Origin: Candidatus Flemingiibacterium sp.
GTDB lineage: Bacteria > Bacillota > Clostridia > Oscillospirales > CAG-272
Length of the DNA stretch: 64,000 bases
Reading direction: 5' to 3'
NCBI GenBank assembly: GCA_045634005.1
Contig: JAZQZL010000018.1
Span: 4,329 to 68,328 of the forward strand
This document shows, piece after piece, positions 50,761 to 59,999 of the stretch (within the stretch, counting starts at the first letter, position 1; every line of letters begins with the position of its first letter). The position numbers and the translations under genes were made by a program. The notes under the pieces were generated by a model. It did no database searches and was not told where the DNA came from. It saw only the letters and a list, made by a program, of their open reading frames with translations.

Positions 50761-51048
50761 TTATCCCCCTTGTTTGTTGATCTCGTTCATCTTGGCTCTT
50801 GCCATTGCCTTGCGTTCTTCGGTATAGGGATCGGTGATGCGATAGGCAAACCTTTTCTTATCGATCTCAAAGGAAAGGCATCCAAGCTCGTCATCATCGG
50901 TCAGCCGACAGAGGTCAGGGAACTTCTCGGCAAAGGCAAGCAGCCGTTTTTTCAATGCTGTGTTGTGCGTCCGTATGACTACGGGCGCGGGTGTTTCATC
51001 AAAATAGATTTCGGTTGTCTTTTGGCTTTTGGTTTTATTCGTTATCAT
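50761..51048 (-). CDS. Element-associated hypothetical protein
   Basis: TEIYFDE..IRTHNTALKKRL..FEIDKKR; GGAG RBS. Confidence 0.7.
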   Translation of the reverse strand: MITNKTKSQKTTEIYFDETPAPVVIRTHNTALKKRLLAFAEKFPDLCRLTDDDELGCLSFEIDKKRFAYRITDPYTEERKAMARAKMNEINKQGG

Positions 51049-51231
51049 TGTTTTTTCTCCTATTTTCATAAAGCTTTTGAAGCAAGGCGTTTTTTGCTCA
51101 AAAAGGCTCGGTCAAGAGCGTTGGAAAATGCGAATTTTCCAATAGAAAGTGCCTTTTTGATGTGGGATACGATTTAAGGCGTCAGAAACAGAAAAATCTG
51201 TTTTTTCACGGTCAAGACCGTATCCCCGGTT

Positions 51232-52233
51232 TTACTTATCCTCGCGGGCATCGCGGCTCTTGCTGCCCTTGATCTGTGCCATTATCTCGGGCGGTATCTT
51301 GTCCACAAGCCGCTTGTAGCGTTCAACCTGCTTTTCAAGAAGATATACGTCGGTCTTGTATTCCTCGATCTCTCGGTTCGCCCGATGGTTTTCAAGTTTT
51401 AGATCGAACACCTTTGAACTCTCTCGGTCAACCTTTGCGGAAAGGCTCTCAACCTCTTTTTCAAGCCCCTCAATGTGCTTGGTGGTTTCCTTGACTTTTG
51501 ATGAGAAATACTCTCCCTCCTTCGCCCACTCTCGTAGAAGTGTTAGAGCTTCTTCCGACTTGCCCTTGGCATTAAACATACCGATATTGGAGAGGATGGT
51601 TTCGACCTCGGAATACATCTTGTCAAGATGCTCGGCTTTCTTGTAGAGCCAAACGGGAATGTGCTTGCGGTGAGTGATCTTAGCAGACTCCCCGCGTTCA
51701 ATGACCTCATACTTTTCGTGCATATGCTCGTAGAAGCCGTCCTGCCAAAACTCCGATAGCCGCGCTTGGTTGCCGACGATCTCCTTTGCGGTCAATCGGT
51801 TATCCTCAGATAGTGGCACAAAGCAAAGGTGCATATGAGGTGTTTTCTCGTCAAGGTGGATAACGGCGGATATGATGTTTTGCTCTCCCACTCGTTCCGC
51901 CATAAAATCATAGGCGCGTTTCATATAGGCGAGCATTTCATCGTGGCTCATCGGTTGGAGCAAATCGGGCGATCCAGTGATGAGCGTTTCCACAAGAAGT
52001 ATACTATTCTTCTTGATGACCGTCTTACATTCGCTCTCGGCTATGCGCACCTTTACTATCTTGCGATAGCTTTTCTGTGCGGGTGTTTTCAGATGGATAT
52101 TGTCCTTGCTCTTTTCAAGGTCAATATCGGGGTTGGACTTGTAGGATTCTTTCTCTCGTTCGTTGTGTTTCTGCGCACTGAGTATCGTGCCGCCCTTGTG
52201 TTTCTTAAATCTTAAAATTGCGTGTACTGCTAT
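51232..52233 (-). CDS. MobV/Pre-family relaxase (TnpZ-like), probable ATA start
   Basis: Frame extends upstream of the annotated ORF: HAILRFKKHK..HNERE..SNPDID..; HLDEKTPHMH HUH motif; AGGAGG RBS before ATA at 52233. Confidence 0.9.
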   Translation of the reverse strand: MAVHAILRFKKHKGGTILSAQKHNEREKESYKSNPDIDLEKSKDNIHLKTPAQKSYRKIVKVRIAESECKTVIKKNSILLVETLITGSPDLLQPMSHDEMLAYMKRAYDFMAERVGEQNIISAVIHLDEKTPHMHLCFVPLSEDNRLTAKEIVGNQARLSEFWQDGFYEHMHEKYEVIERGESAKITHRKHIPVWLYKKAEHLDKMYSEVETILSNIGMFNAKGKSEEALTLLREWAKEGEYFSSKVKETTKHIEGLEKEVESLSAKVDRESSKVFDLKLENHRANREIEEYKTDVYLLEKQVERYKRLVDKIPPEIMAQIKGSKSRDAREDK

Positions 52234-52427
52234 AAGCGTTTCCTCCTGTTAGTCGTAATTTTGATGGATGCTTGTGAGGAAGCGAGGAGACGCGGGTACA
52301 CCGCACAAACGCGGCGGCGCTGTCACGCCTTATGCTTTCGTCGAAGTTCTGCCGCCATTAAGTGAGGCGGCAGAACTTCACCGAAGCGGAGCAAATTTGC
52401 CTGTGCAAATTTACTCTGTGTTTATAC

Positions 52428-52464
52428 GGTGTAACACACTATACCTTGCGATGCAAGGCGTGTG
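52428..52464 (-). other. oriT of element C (MobV type)
   Basis: Minus strand TAGTGTGTTA (52432-52441) with adjacent ccttgc-gat-gcaagg hairpin, ~200 bp upstream of the relaxase. Confidence 0.82.
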
Positions 52465-52837
52465 CCATCCGTTCCCTCTGGACTCCCTAAAAGGCTGCGG
52501 CGGAGCAGAAGCAATCCAACCCCATTGCCTCTGCATCCTTGCAACCTTACGGCTCATTTCGGCACAAGCACACCCGCAGCTTGTCCCTTATTTGCCGTAT
52601 CGAAGTAGACAACATTCTCACCGTTGGCTCGAATGTTTCCCTCCGCAACGGACGAGTATATCCGTTGCTACCGCCTCCGCGACCTCCTTTCTCTCGTCGG
52701 CGGTTATGTATTTGTGGGGGCAGTTATCATATATCCGACGATACTGCCGCCGTGTTTTTCGGGTGGTAACTTCTCACTTCGGCTCACTCTGAGCCGAGGT
52801 TAACCTCGCGCCAAGATGGCACGAAGCGCGGAAGAAA

Positions 52838-53104
52838 ACAAAAAAGACCCGTACTTTTACATACAGGTTACGGAGAGAAACACCAAAAAGCGAACAGCAC
52901 TTGTTCGCTTAAAAAGGTGATCTCCGTGCCCTTTATGTATGTAAAAGCACGAGTCTAAAACCTCGTGGACGCTGTGCTTTGCGTATAGAAAAACGGGACT
53001 TACTCAATTGCCCGCGGCACTTATAATCATATTTTGTTTGTATAAGATTAAGCCAAACAGGCTATACTCATAATGGAGTAGTCTGCCCAACTTACATCTT
53101 AGGG
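52838..53104 (-). ncRNA. Candidate structured RNA/leader upstream of the oriT-mob region
   Basis: Promoter TTGACA-16-TATACT (53111-53138); long imperfect hairpin 52845-52956 followed by U tract; no convincing ORF. Confidence 0.5.
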
Positions 53105-53188
53105 AGCATTAGTATATCATATGATGTTAACTTGTCAAGGAGAAATTTGTAGGTATAAGCAAAATTTGCAAAATATTCATTTATGAAA

Positions 53189-53217
53189 ATAGGCGTTGCC
53201 GTGAATGCAACGCCTAT
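53189..53217 (-). terminator. Hairpin after DUF262 gene
   Basis: ataggcgttgc-cgtgaat-gcaacgcctat. Confidence 0.65.
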
Positions 53218-53259
53218 AACTATAAATAATTTGGAGTTTTTATTTGGATAATAGAATGT

Positions 53260-54324
53260 TTAGCAAATATTTAACTTTTGTTTTATGAAGTTAATAATGC
53301 TGTTATAACGTTCCATTCTGCTATTGACACTTGCTACTGCATCTTGAGAATACAACAGATAGTTTCTAACGAATTCATTGCTATAATCGTTTGCAAAATA
53401 CATTTGATAGAATTCACAAATAACATTTATAACATCTTCTTTTTTTGCTTGATAATAGTTTTCTGCTTTAAGCGCATATGACACTACAAACAAAGTATAC
53501 AAGTGAGTTATTTTTGTTATTTGATTGATGATTTTAGGATCAAGGTTTTCTATTACTTGTTTCATCTCGTCTAACATCAAAATAACCGTTTCTTTATCTT
53601 CTTTGTATTCACTATAACTTTCATTGTATAAGTCATACATCTTATTTACTGTACTCTGACTTGTAGCAATTTTCATTCCTTTTCTAAGGAATATGAGTAA
53701 GTGACTGACAAACTCGACATCTTTCATTCTACGAACATCGGCGCTTGAGAACACTTTGTATTCATTCCAAAAATCTAATTCAGCAAGTTCTATTGACAAT
53801 TGTATGAATTTTCCATTAAATTGAGCATTTCTCAACTCTTGGGGATTTAATACCTTATTAGTAATGTTCAGACGCAAAAACATTGTTGTTATTTCTTCGG
53901 GTGTAATTTCATTATTTAAATCATTAATGTTTATTGCGTAAGACCAAATATCTTTTTTATTTTCGTCCGGCAAATCACAAAACTTTTTATTATCCCAAGG
54001 TGCATCGTTAGTTGATAGTAAGTGCTTTTTTGTTAGCGGGAATTCGTTGTTAAGATAACTAATTATTGCACCAACACGCTGTTGTCCATCAACAATGCTG
54101 TATCGGATTTTACCAGTTTTGGGATCTGGTTCTTGTTGCCACAAGTATATTGCCGGAATATCATATCCCAATAATATAGTTTCAATGAGACCTATTTTAT
54201 GTTTTTCTTCCCACACATATCTTCTTTGATAAGAGTTATCAATAAATATTTCTTCATTATCAAACATCGATTTTAATTGAAACACCGTTCTTGTAGTTGG
54301 GGTTATATTCTTTATAATTTTCAT
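53260..54324 (-). CDS. DUF262 (ParB/GmrS-like) domain protein
   Basis: YQRRYVW, LIETILLGYDIP, IVDGQQR, FLRLN and LNPQELRNA motifs; AT-rich. Confidence 0.92.
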   Translation of the reverse strand: MKIIKNITPTTRTVFQLKSMFDNEEIFIDNSYQRRYVWEEKHKIGLIETILLGYDIPAIYLWQQEPDPKTGKIRYSIVDGQQRVGAIISYLNNEFPLTKKHLLSTNDAPWDNKKFCDLPDENKKDIWSYAININDLNNEITPEEITTMFLRLNITNKVLNPQELRNAQFNGKFIQLSIELAELDFWNEYKVFSSADVRRMKDVEFVSHLLIFLRKGMKIATSQSTVNKMYDLYNESYSEYKEDKETVILMLDEMKQVIENLDPKIINQITKITHLYTLFVVSYALKAENYYQAKKEDVINVICEFYQMYFANDYSNEFVRNYLLYSQDAVASVNSRMERYNSIINFIKQKLNIC

Positions 54325-54325
54325 A

Positions 54326-54937
54326 TCATTCTCCTTCTTTCGTATATGGATTCTTTATATCGTATATTGTTTTAATTAGATTTTGTTTGTAATCATCATA
54401 AGAGCTATAAATTCGATAGCTGATTTTCTCGGGGAAATTAAATTTTATCTGCAAATCCTTTATGTACCCCGATGTCTTCTTCTCCCACTCTTTATACAAA
54501 GCAAGATTTGATGTGTAATTATAATGAAAATCGATAAAATGCTTAAAAATATTTTTTGCTGTTCGAGTATATGCTATGCCGGTCAAATCAGAAAAAACAT
54601 AGTCTTCAAAAAATTGTTTCCAATAAGATTCGAAAAGTCTCTTTTTTATAATAACAATATCGATATCTGATTCCTCATTGAAATCCGAAAAATCATTTTC
54701 AGGAGACAAACTGAATCCCAAAAGTGCACTTCCACATATGAACACATCGGTTGGAGGAATATCAAAAACCCCAGCCATATACGTTTTGAACTCTTGATAC
54801 TTTGATATTGCACTATTGGGAAACTCATTCGTAAAAAACCAAGGTATAGGAGTAGCCATAATCTCGTTTACAATATCATTGATATCGTTTTTAGATTGCG
54901 CTTCTTTTATTCTTTTGCTTAGTTCATCTTTATTCAT
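54326..54937 (-). CDS. Putative Pol-beta-superfamily nucleotidyltransferase
   Basis: hGS...SDIDhhh motif (ICGSALLGFSLSP...ESDIDIVII). Confidence 0.65.
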   Translation of the reverse strand: MNKDELSKRIKEAQSKNDINDIVNEIMATPIPWFFTNEFPNSAISKYQEFKTYMAGVFDIPPTDVFICGSALLGFSLSPENDFSDFNEESDIDIVIIKKRLFESYWKQFFEDYVFSDLTGIAYTRTAKNIFKHFIDFHYNYTSNLALYKEWEKKTSGYIKDLQIKFNFPEKISYRIYSSYDDYKQNLIKTIYDIKNPYTKEGE

Positions 54938-54945
54938 AATGTCTT

Positions 54946-56229
54946 TTATTTACCAATCGTATAAAAAATTCCTTTTCCATTGCCGTGGCGTTCAATCTTG
55001 CCTTCCTGCTCCAACTGCAATAGAATATTTCGTGTTTTTGTCAGCTTGAAGCCCAATTCTTCTTGCACCTCGGCGCGAGTGGCTCTGCCGCATTTAGCAA
55101 TAAAATCATAGACAAGCTCTTTATCGGTACGGATTTTCTTGGATTCTTCCATATACGTCTTGTTAGGCAAAACCAAAAGGAAGCCGTTATCCGCCACTTC
55201 AAAGCGCGGTTCAAGTCCCGTATGCTCATAATCGCCTTGTATTTTTTCAATGCCGGTGCCGTATGCTTCAACGTATTTGAGCTTGAAGAACACGTTAGCA
55301 AGTCTTTCGTTTCTTGAACGCGAGACTCCGAGCATCATATCCTCATAAGTCATTCCTGATACCAAACCACCTATGGACACGTATTCGATACGGTTTTTAT
55401 AAATACTAATAAGGATGCTGCCGTTAAGCGAGTAATCTCTATGAATGATAGCGTTGAGAAGTCCTTCGCGCAGAACAAGCTGATTGTATTCCGTCTTGTC
55501 CTCTCGGAGCAATCCGTTATATTCACCGCGGGTTTTATTATTCAAATTAAGGTACTCATAAACCTCGTCGGCTTGACGAATGAGAGAACCTTCGAACTCT
55601 TTGCGATCTAAAAATCTACTCTTGTCGTCACTATCAAAAACCGCAGCTTTGATAGAGAAAGGACATTGATCTGACAAAAGTAAGGCAAGATTGGTATAAC
55701 TTCCGTTTGCGTCTATCAATCCAAGCGTTTTTTGTTTCAGTTCGATTTTTGCACGTTTGAAAACGCTTTCAAGATAATCAAAAGTCAGATCTTGTTCGAC
55801 ACTTGGCAAAGACTCAAACGACTTATCCTCGCTCGCGATAATCATTTGCTTGATAGCGTACTCGGATGCTTGCTGCGAGGTATTATTGATACGGAGATAT
55901 ACACCACTTGGCTTCAATCCTTTTTCGTAAATGTAATATGGTTTTTTCACACCTCTGCCAATAGCAACCTTGACAATGGATTTACCATCTTCTTCGTATT
56001 CTCCCGCGCTGCAAATTAAAGAAGCATCGGGCTTGATTGCTTCGTGTATCATAAGGGAAATACGTTCTATAATATCTTTTGCGTTATCTACACCAATAAC
56101 CTTACCGTCATCGTCAACGCCAATAATCAAAGTGCCACCGTCACTGTTCAAAAAAGCAACGATTTCTTTTTTGATTTCGGTTGTATATTGTAACTTTAAT
56201 TCTAACTTTTCAGACTCAATATATGCCAT
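54946..56229 (-). CDS. Schlafen/AlbA_2 + HATPase_c_4 + HTH protein
   Basis: ESEKLELK..IVAFLNSDGGTLIIGVDDDG; REGLLNAIIHRDY; RNERLANVF..VEAYGTG; C-terminal wHTH. Confidence 0.9.
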   Translation of the reverse strand: MAYIESEKLELKLQYTTEIKKEIVAFLNSDGGTLIIGVDDDGKVIGVDNAKDIIERISLMIHEAIKPDASLICSAGEYEEDGKSIVKVAIGRGVKKPYYIYEKGLKPSGVYLRINNTSQQASEYAIKQMIIASEDKSFESLPSVEQDLTFDYLESVFKRAKIELKQKTLGLIDANGSYTNLALLLSDQCPFSIKAAVFDSDDKSRFLDRKEFEGSLIRQADEVYEYLNLNNKTRGEYNGLLREDKTEYNQLVLREGLLNAIIHRDYSLNGSILISIYKNRIEYVSIGGLVSGMTYEDMMLGVSRSRNERLANVFFKLKYVEAYGTGIEKIQGDYEHTGLEPRFEVADNGFLLVLPNKTYMEESKKIRTDKELVYDFIAKCGRATRAEVQEELGFKLTKTRNILLQLEQEGKIERHGNGKGIFYTIGK

Positions 56230-56270
56230 ATCATCATCCTTTCTATTACAATGCTATTTCTTTCTATTAC

Positions 56271-56299
56271 ATTCTATCACAATCTATTTGCTTTGTCAA
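56271..56299 (-). promoter_or_regulatory. Sigma-A promoter for the three-gene operon
   Basis: TTGACA-17-TAGAAT with extended TG. Confidence 0.75.
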
Positions 56300-56386
56300 T
56301 AGCAAATCAGTAAGTTAATTTAATTACTTGAAAAGAAAAGCCGCTATCGCGGCGTGATAATCACGCTTTGATAGCAGCTTCATCAT

Positions 56387-57679
56387 TTAATACCAAACGG
56401 ATTCGCAGGTCATAGTATAAGTTCCCGGTTCACCCGTATATGTAAGAGTCTTCTCATAGAGAGTATCTAAATGCGCACCCGTTACCAAAACCTCTCCCGT
56501 TTTAACTGCAACACCATCTCGGTATAACGTGTAGCGGAATTTAATATTTGACATTGATGTATTGCCTTGATGCGTCTTTTTGAGCATAAAGTTAATTTTC
56601 AATGTTATTCGTTCCGCAGACGATGCAGTCACACTATAATCGACACTTTCTATTTTACATTTCGTGTATAAGGTCATACTTGAAATGTAGGAGTATTCCT
56701 GTGATAAATTATTGGTTAGCGAAAATGTTACCGATTCAGCTATCGAAGAATAATCTTTAGGGGTTGTCGATTGCGCAATTATAACTTTTCCACAATCAGA
56801 ACAATGTTTGCCTTCGGTTAAACCAGTAGATGTTGGAGTCGCAGGAACAGCAGGATCAATAACTTCGGTATGTCCTTTAGCTGGTGTTTGATCAGCGTTA
56901 TAGGAATATCCGCAAGCGCAAGAATATGTAGTATATCCTCCAACTAAACACTGAGGCTCGACCACAGTTTTAGTATAAGAGTGGGAATGTTCAGAAATTG
57001 ATACATCTATCGTTATCTTAATGTCGGGATCTTCTTCCACATAAATCGTTACAAATGTACTGCCTGAAGATATTGGGTAAATTGTAATAGATGTAGTCAT
57101 GTCATCCCAATCACCCCACCTACAACTAATAATGCTTTCATCATCAATTTCGTAAACAAGCGTAACTTCATCTAAATTTTCAACCGTGATGTAACAGGTG
57201 TGTGAAGAACTTTCAAGTTGCAAATCATATGCAGTAGAGGTAAGCTCGGGCTTTGGAATTGGTTCGCCGATTTCTAATCCACACCACAAACAATGGGTTG
57301 CCCATTCATATGTTGCATATACCCAATTGTGAGCATCGTCATCTGTACTTTTCTCAATAATTTTTTGCTCTACAAGAATGGCGTTGCAAACCGAACAGTG
57401 TTTACCCTCGGTAAGTCCTGTTGCTGAGCAGGTAGCGTCAACCAAAGCATCAATAACCTCAGTATGACCTAAAGCTGAGATGGTTTGAGTTTGCATTTCA
57501 CCGCAAGAGCAATATCTAACTTTAGTGCCATCTTCGGTGCAAGTTGCTTTTTGGGTTGTTTGCCATTCTTCAAAATGATGCGTATGATCTTGATTGTTGT
57601 CATTAGGTGTATCGTTATCACACGCTGCAAGTGAAATAATCATTATTGCGACGAATATAAGTGCAATAATCTTTTTCAT
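56387..57679 (-). CDS. Lipoprotein with Cys/His-rich repeats and Ig-like regions
   Basis: LAAC lipobox; two GHTEVID..V.AT...TGLTEGKHCS.C repeats. Confidence 0.85.
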   Translation of the reverse strand: MKKIIALIFVAIMIISLAACDNDTPNDNNQDHTHHFEEWQTTQKATCTEDGTKVRYCSCGEMQTQTISALGHTEVIDALVDATCSATGLTEGKHCSVCNAILVEQKIIEKSTDDDAHNWVYATYEWATHCLWCGLEIGEPIPKPELTSTAYDLQLESSSHTCYITVENLDEVTLVYEIDDESIISCRWGDWDDMTTSITIYPISSGSTFVTIYVEEDPDIKITIDVSISEHSHSYTKTVVEPQCLVGGYTTYSCACGYSYNADQTPAKGHTEVIDPAVPATPTSTGLTEGKHCSDCGKVIIAQSTTPKDYSSIAESVTFSLTNNLSQEYSYISSMTLYTKCKIESVDYSVTASSAERITLKINFMLKKTHQGNTSMSNIKFRYTLYRDGVAVKTGEVLVTGAHLDTLYEKTLTYTGEPGTYTMTCESVWY

Positions 57680-57699
57680 AGTCATACCTCCAAGTATAT

Positions 57700-57903
57700 A
57701 AAAAGGTGCGCAACCGAAGCTACGCACCGAAAAACGCAAACTCCGATAGCTGCGAAACTAACCTTATTGAAAAAAGCATATTCTTGCTTCCCACTAAGTT
57801 AGAATTTGCGTTTTTACCAAATTCATACGCGGGAAGCATAAAAAAGGGTATAGTACCCCCTTTGAAAGCAAAATGCGTTTTTTCAATATTCAGTTAGTTT
57901 CGC
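57700..57903 (-). promoter_or_regulatory. Structured 5' leader with terminator (attenuator-like)
   Basis: Promoter at 57910-57938; nested stems; ggtgcgtagc-ttcg-gttgcgcacc-ttttt just before the RBS. Confidence 0.6.
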
Positions 57904-58051
57904 GTATTTATTATACCACATTTTCGAAAATTTGTCAATCCGTTTTATACTATAATAAAGTCTAACATTTGTTGACTGTTTGGCAAAAATATGGTATAAT
58001 AGAGATAATAAATCTTCTATTGCAATATGAAAACAAACGGAGGCGATTTAT

Positions 58052-58798
58052 ATGAGCAAAAAATACCAAGTTTTTGTTAGTTCGACTTATAAAGATTTAA
58101 AAGAAGAAAGACTTGCTGTAACACAGCATCTTTTAAAAATGGGATTTATACCTGTAGGAATGGAACAATTTCCTGCAAGCAATATGAGCCAAATGGAATA
58201 CATAAAAATGATGTTAGATGACTGCGATTATTACCTGTTAATCCTTGCAGGTAAATATGGCTCTGTTGCCGAAGATGGAGTTGGTTTTACTGAAAAAGAG
58301 TACGATTACGCCATTGCCAATGATATTCCGGTTATGAGTATACTAATAAGGGATATTGGAGAATTGCCAAGTAAAAAATGCGAGGACACAGATGAAAAGC
58401 GCACGCTTTTGAATAATTTTAGAGATAAAGTTTCCGCAGGTAAAATGGTAGATTTTTATACTGATATTGGAACACTTACTTCAGCGGTGGGGGCGGCAGT
58501 ACATCGTTGCGTTCGGGATTATCCTGCAAAGGGTTGGATAAGAGGCGAATCTTTAGGAGGTGCAGAAGATATTGAAGCTAAAATTGAAGAATATATGAGT
58601 AAGCACACTGTTTCAAAGGAAGACATAGAAGCTCTTTTTAAAGGGGAAACTGTTGTTCTAAATGGCGGCAATGCGAGTTCTCATACAGCAGGAGCAAAGC
58701 CGAAATCAGAATCAAATACAATTTCTTTATCAGGAGCACGGACATTAGTGGAAGAAATGGCGAAGAATCTTCCCAAAGTAGAATGGGAAAATATATAA
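58052..58798 (+). CDS. DUF4062 domain protein
   Basis: YQVFVSSTYKDLKEER, GMEQFPA, GKYGS and TEKEYDYA motifs. Confidence 0.9.
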   Translation: MSKKYQVFVSSTYKDLKEERLAVTQHLLKMGFIPVGMEQFPASNMSQMEYIKMMLDDCDYYLLILAGKYGSVAEDGVGFTEKEYDYAIANDIPVMSILIRDIGELPSKKCEDTDEKRTLLNNFRDKVSAGKMVDFYTDIGTLTSAVGAAVHRCVRDYPAKGWIRGESLGGAEDIEAKIEEYMSKHTVSKEDIEALFKGETVVLNGGNASSHTAGAKPKSESNTISLSGARTLVEEMAKNLPKVEWENI

Positions 58799-58842
58799 CT
58801 ATAGGGTTGGCGGCGAGGATTATTATCCCCGCCGCCATAAGT

Positions 58843-59109
58843 TTATTCAGTTAGTGCTTCAATGGCAATTTGCATACCAAGTTTGAAAGCATACTCAAAG
58901 ATAGCAGCCTCCGCCAAACTCATATACTCACTCCAACAATCGTGGAACTTTTCAAAGATTTCTTTCTGTTCGTCGGTCATCGTTTTGAGCAGATCGTCGT
59001 GATGCCGAGCCATATATTCCATAAGCTCTTTCATTTTGGGAGAGTTGTTGCGGCTGTCCTCTTGCGGTACGATGTTGCCGTGCCAAAGTTCATTGATGAT
59101 AGATTTCAT
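58843..59109 (-). CDS. DUF6809-like small protein
   Basis: IINELWHGNIVP...FEYAFKLG; start overlaps TnpV stop. Confidence 0.75.
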   Translation of the reverse strand: MKSIINELWHGNIVPQEDSRNNSPKMKELMEYMARHHDDLLKTMTDEQKEIFEKFHDCWSEYMSLAEAAIFEYAFKLGMQIAIEALTE

Positions 59110-59495
59110 ACCAACACCACCTCCTGCATAACAATTTCTTCCGCGCTCGCCTTGATATTGTTCATCTCGGCTACCCAACGGAGCATATCGCGAGCTTTCA
59201 AATTCTCGTCAATGTTTCTTTCGGCAGCGAGGCGGGGGATAATGGTTTCAAGCATTTCGTTTGCTTCAAGGTCTATCTCGTGCAACCGAGCGTTCAACTT
59301 ACCTTCGGTCAAGAGCGTGGTATACCTTCCGCGACGGTGATTCTTGATGTAATCAAGGTGCATCCGTCCATACTTGCCGATATGATATTCGGTCTGTTCG
59401 AGAAGTGCAATATCGGGTATAAGGTGTCCGTTTTCCTCGCGGTATGTACCACCGAGCTTTTCATAAAGATTATCAAAGTTCTTTTTCATTTTCAT
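59106..59495 (-). CDS. tnpV: TnpV-family protein
   Basis: GGTY....LIP..IGKYGRMH..Y.....Y..LL..GKL..WV..MNNI...AEE. Confidence 0.85.
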   Translation of the reverse strand: MKMKKNFDNLYEKLGGTYREENGHLIPDIALLEQTEYHIGKYGRMHLDYIKNHRRGRYTTLLTEGKLNARLHEIDLEANEMLETIIPRLAAERNIDENLKARDMLRWVAEMNNIKASAEEIVMQEVVLV

Positions 59496-59602
59496 TCTCC
59501 ATTACATTTAATTTTTATAAGCAAGTATTGTAATGGATTGCCTTTGTGTCTTTAATTAAGTCAGTGGTTGTCAGGAAAATTGACAAGGCATAGGTGAACA
59601 AA

Positions 59603-59654
59603 AAAGGCTCCCTTGTGTAATGGGAGCTGTCAGCGAAGCTGAGTGAGGGATTGT
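59603..59654. repeat. Palindromic repeat flanking DUF559 gene (left)
   Basis: aaaggctcccttgtgtaatgggagctgtcagcgaagctgagtgagggattgt. Confidence 0.88.
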
Positions 59655-59998
59655 TCTACGAGGTGATCAATATATTCACAGACACCTCGAAAGTTTTTAT
59701 ATATTTCCGTATTCGGTATTCTGATAACTGTCAAACCGTATTCTGCAAGAAAAGCGGTTCTTTCTTCATCGTATTGCTTTCCTTCTTCCGTATAATGTCC
59801 CGAGCCGTCAAGCTCTATGACGAGCTTTGCCTCTGCACAGTAAAAATCCGCAATATATTTGCCAAGAACCTTTTGTGGTGAAAAGCGTACGGGATAGGTG
59901 CGCAAAAAATCATACCAAAGATGCTTTTCTTCTTTTGTCATGTTTTTTCGTAGCATTCTTGCGGTAGGAACGATATCTTTTTTGTGTTTTCGCTGCAT
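59630..59998 (-). CDS. DUF559 (Vsr-like PD-(D/E)xK) endonuclease
   Basis: ARMLRKNMTKEE..LW, YIADFYC, IELDGSGH, DEERT..L..G..VIR motifs. Confidence 0.92.
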   Translation of the reverse strand: MQRKHKKDIVPTARMLRKNMTKEEKHLWYDFLRTYPVRFSPQKVLGKYIADFYCAEAKLVIELDGSGHYTEEGKQYDEERTAFLAEYGLTVIRIPNTEIYKNFRGVCEYIDHLVEQSLTQLR

Positions 59999-59999
59999 T

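Noticed and set aside
52268-52792. 174-aa plus-strand ORF near oriT
   Set aside because: Opposite to the element's gene orientation, spans the oriT, no Rep or other motif
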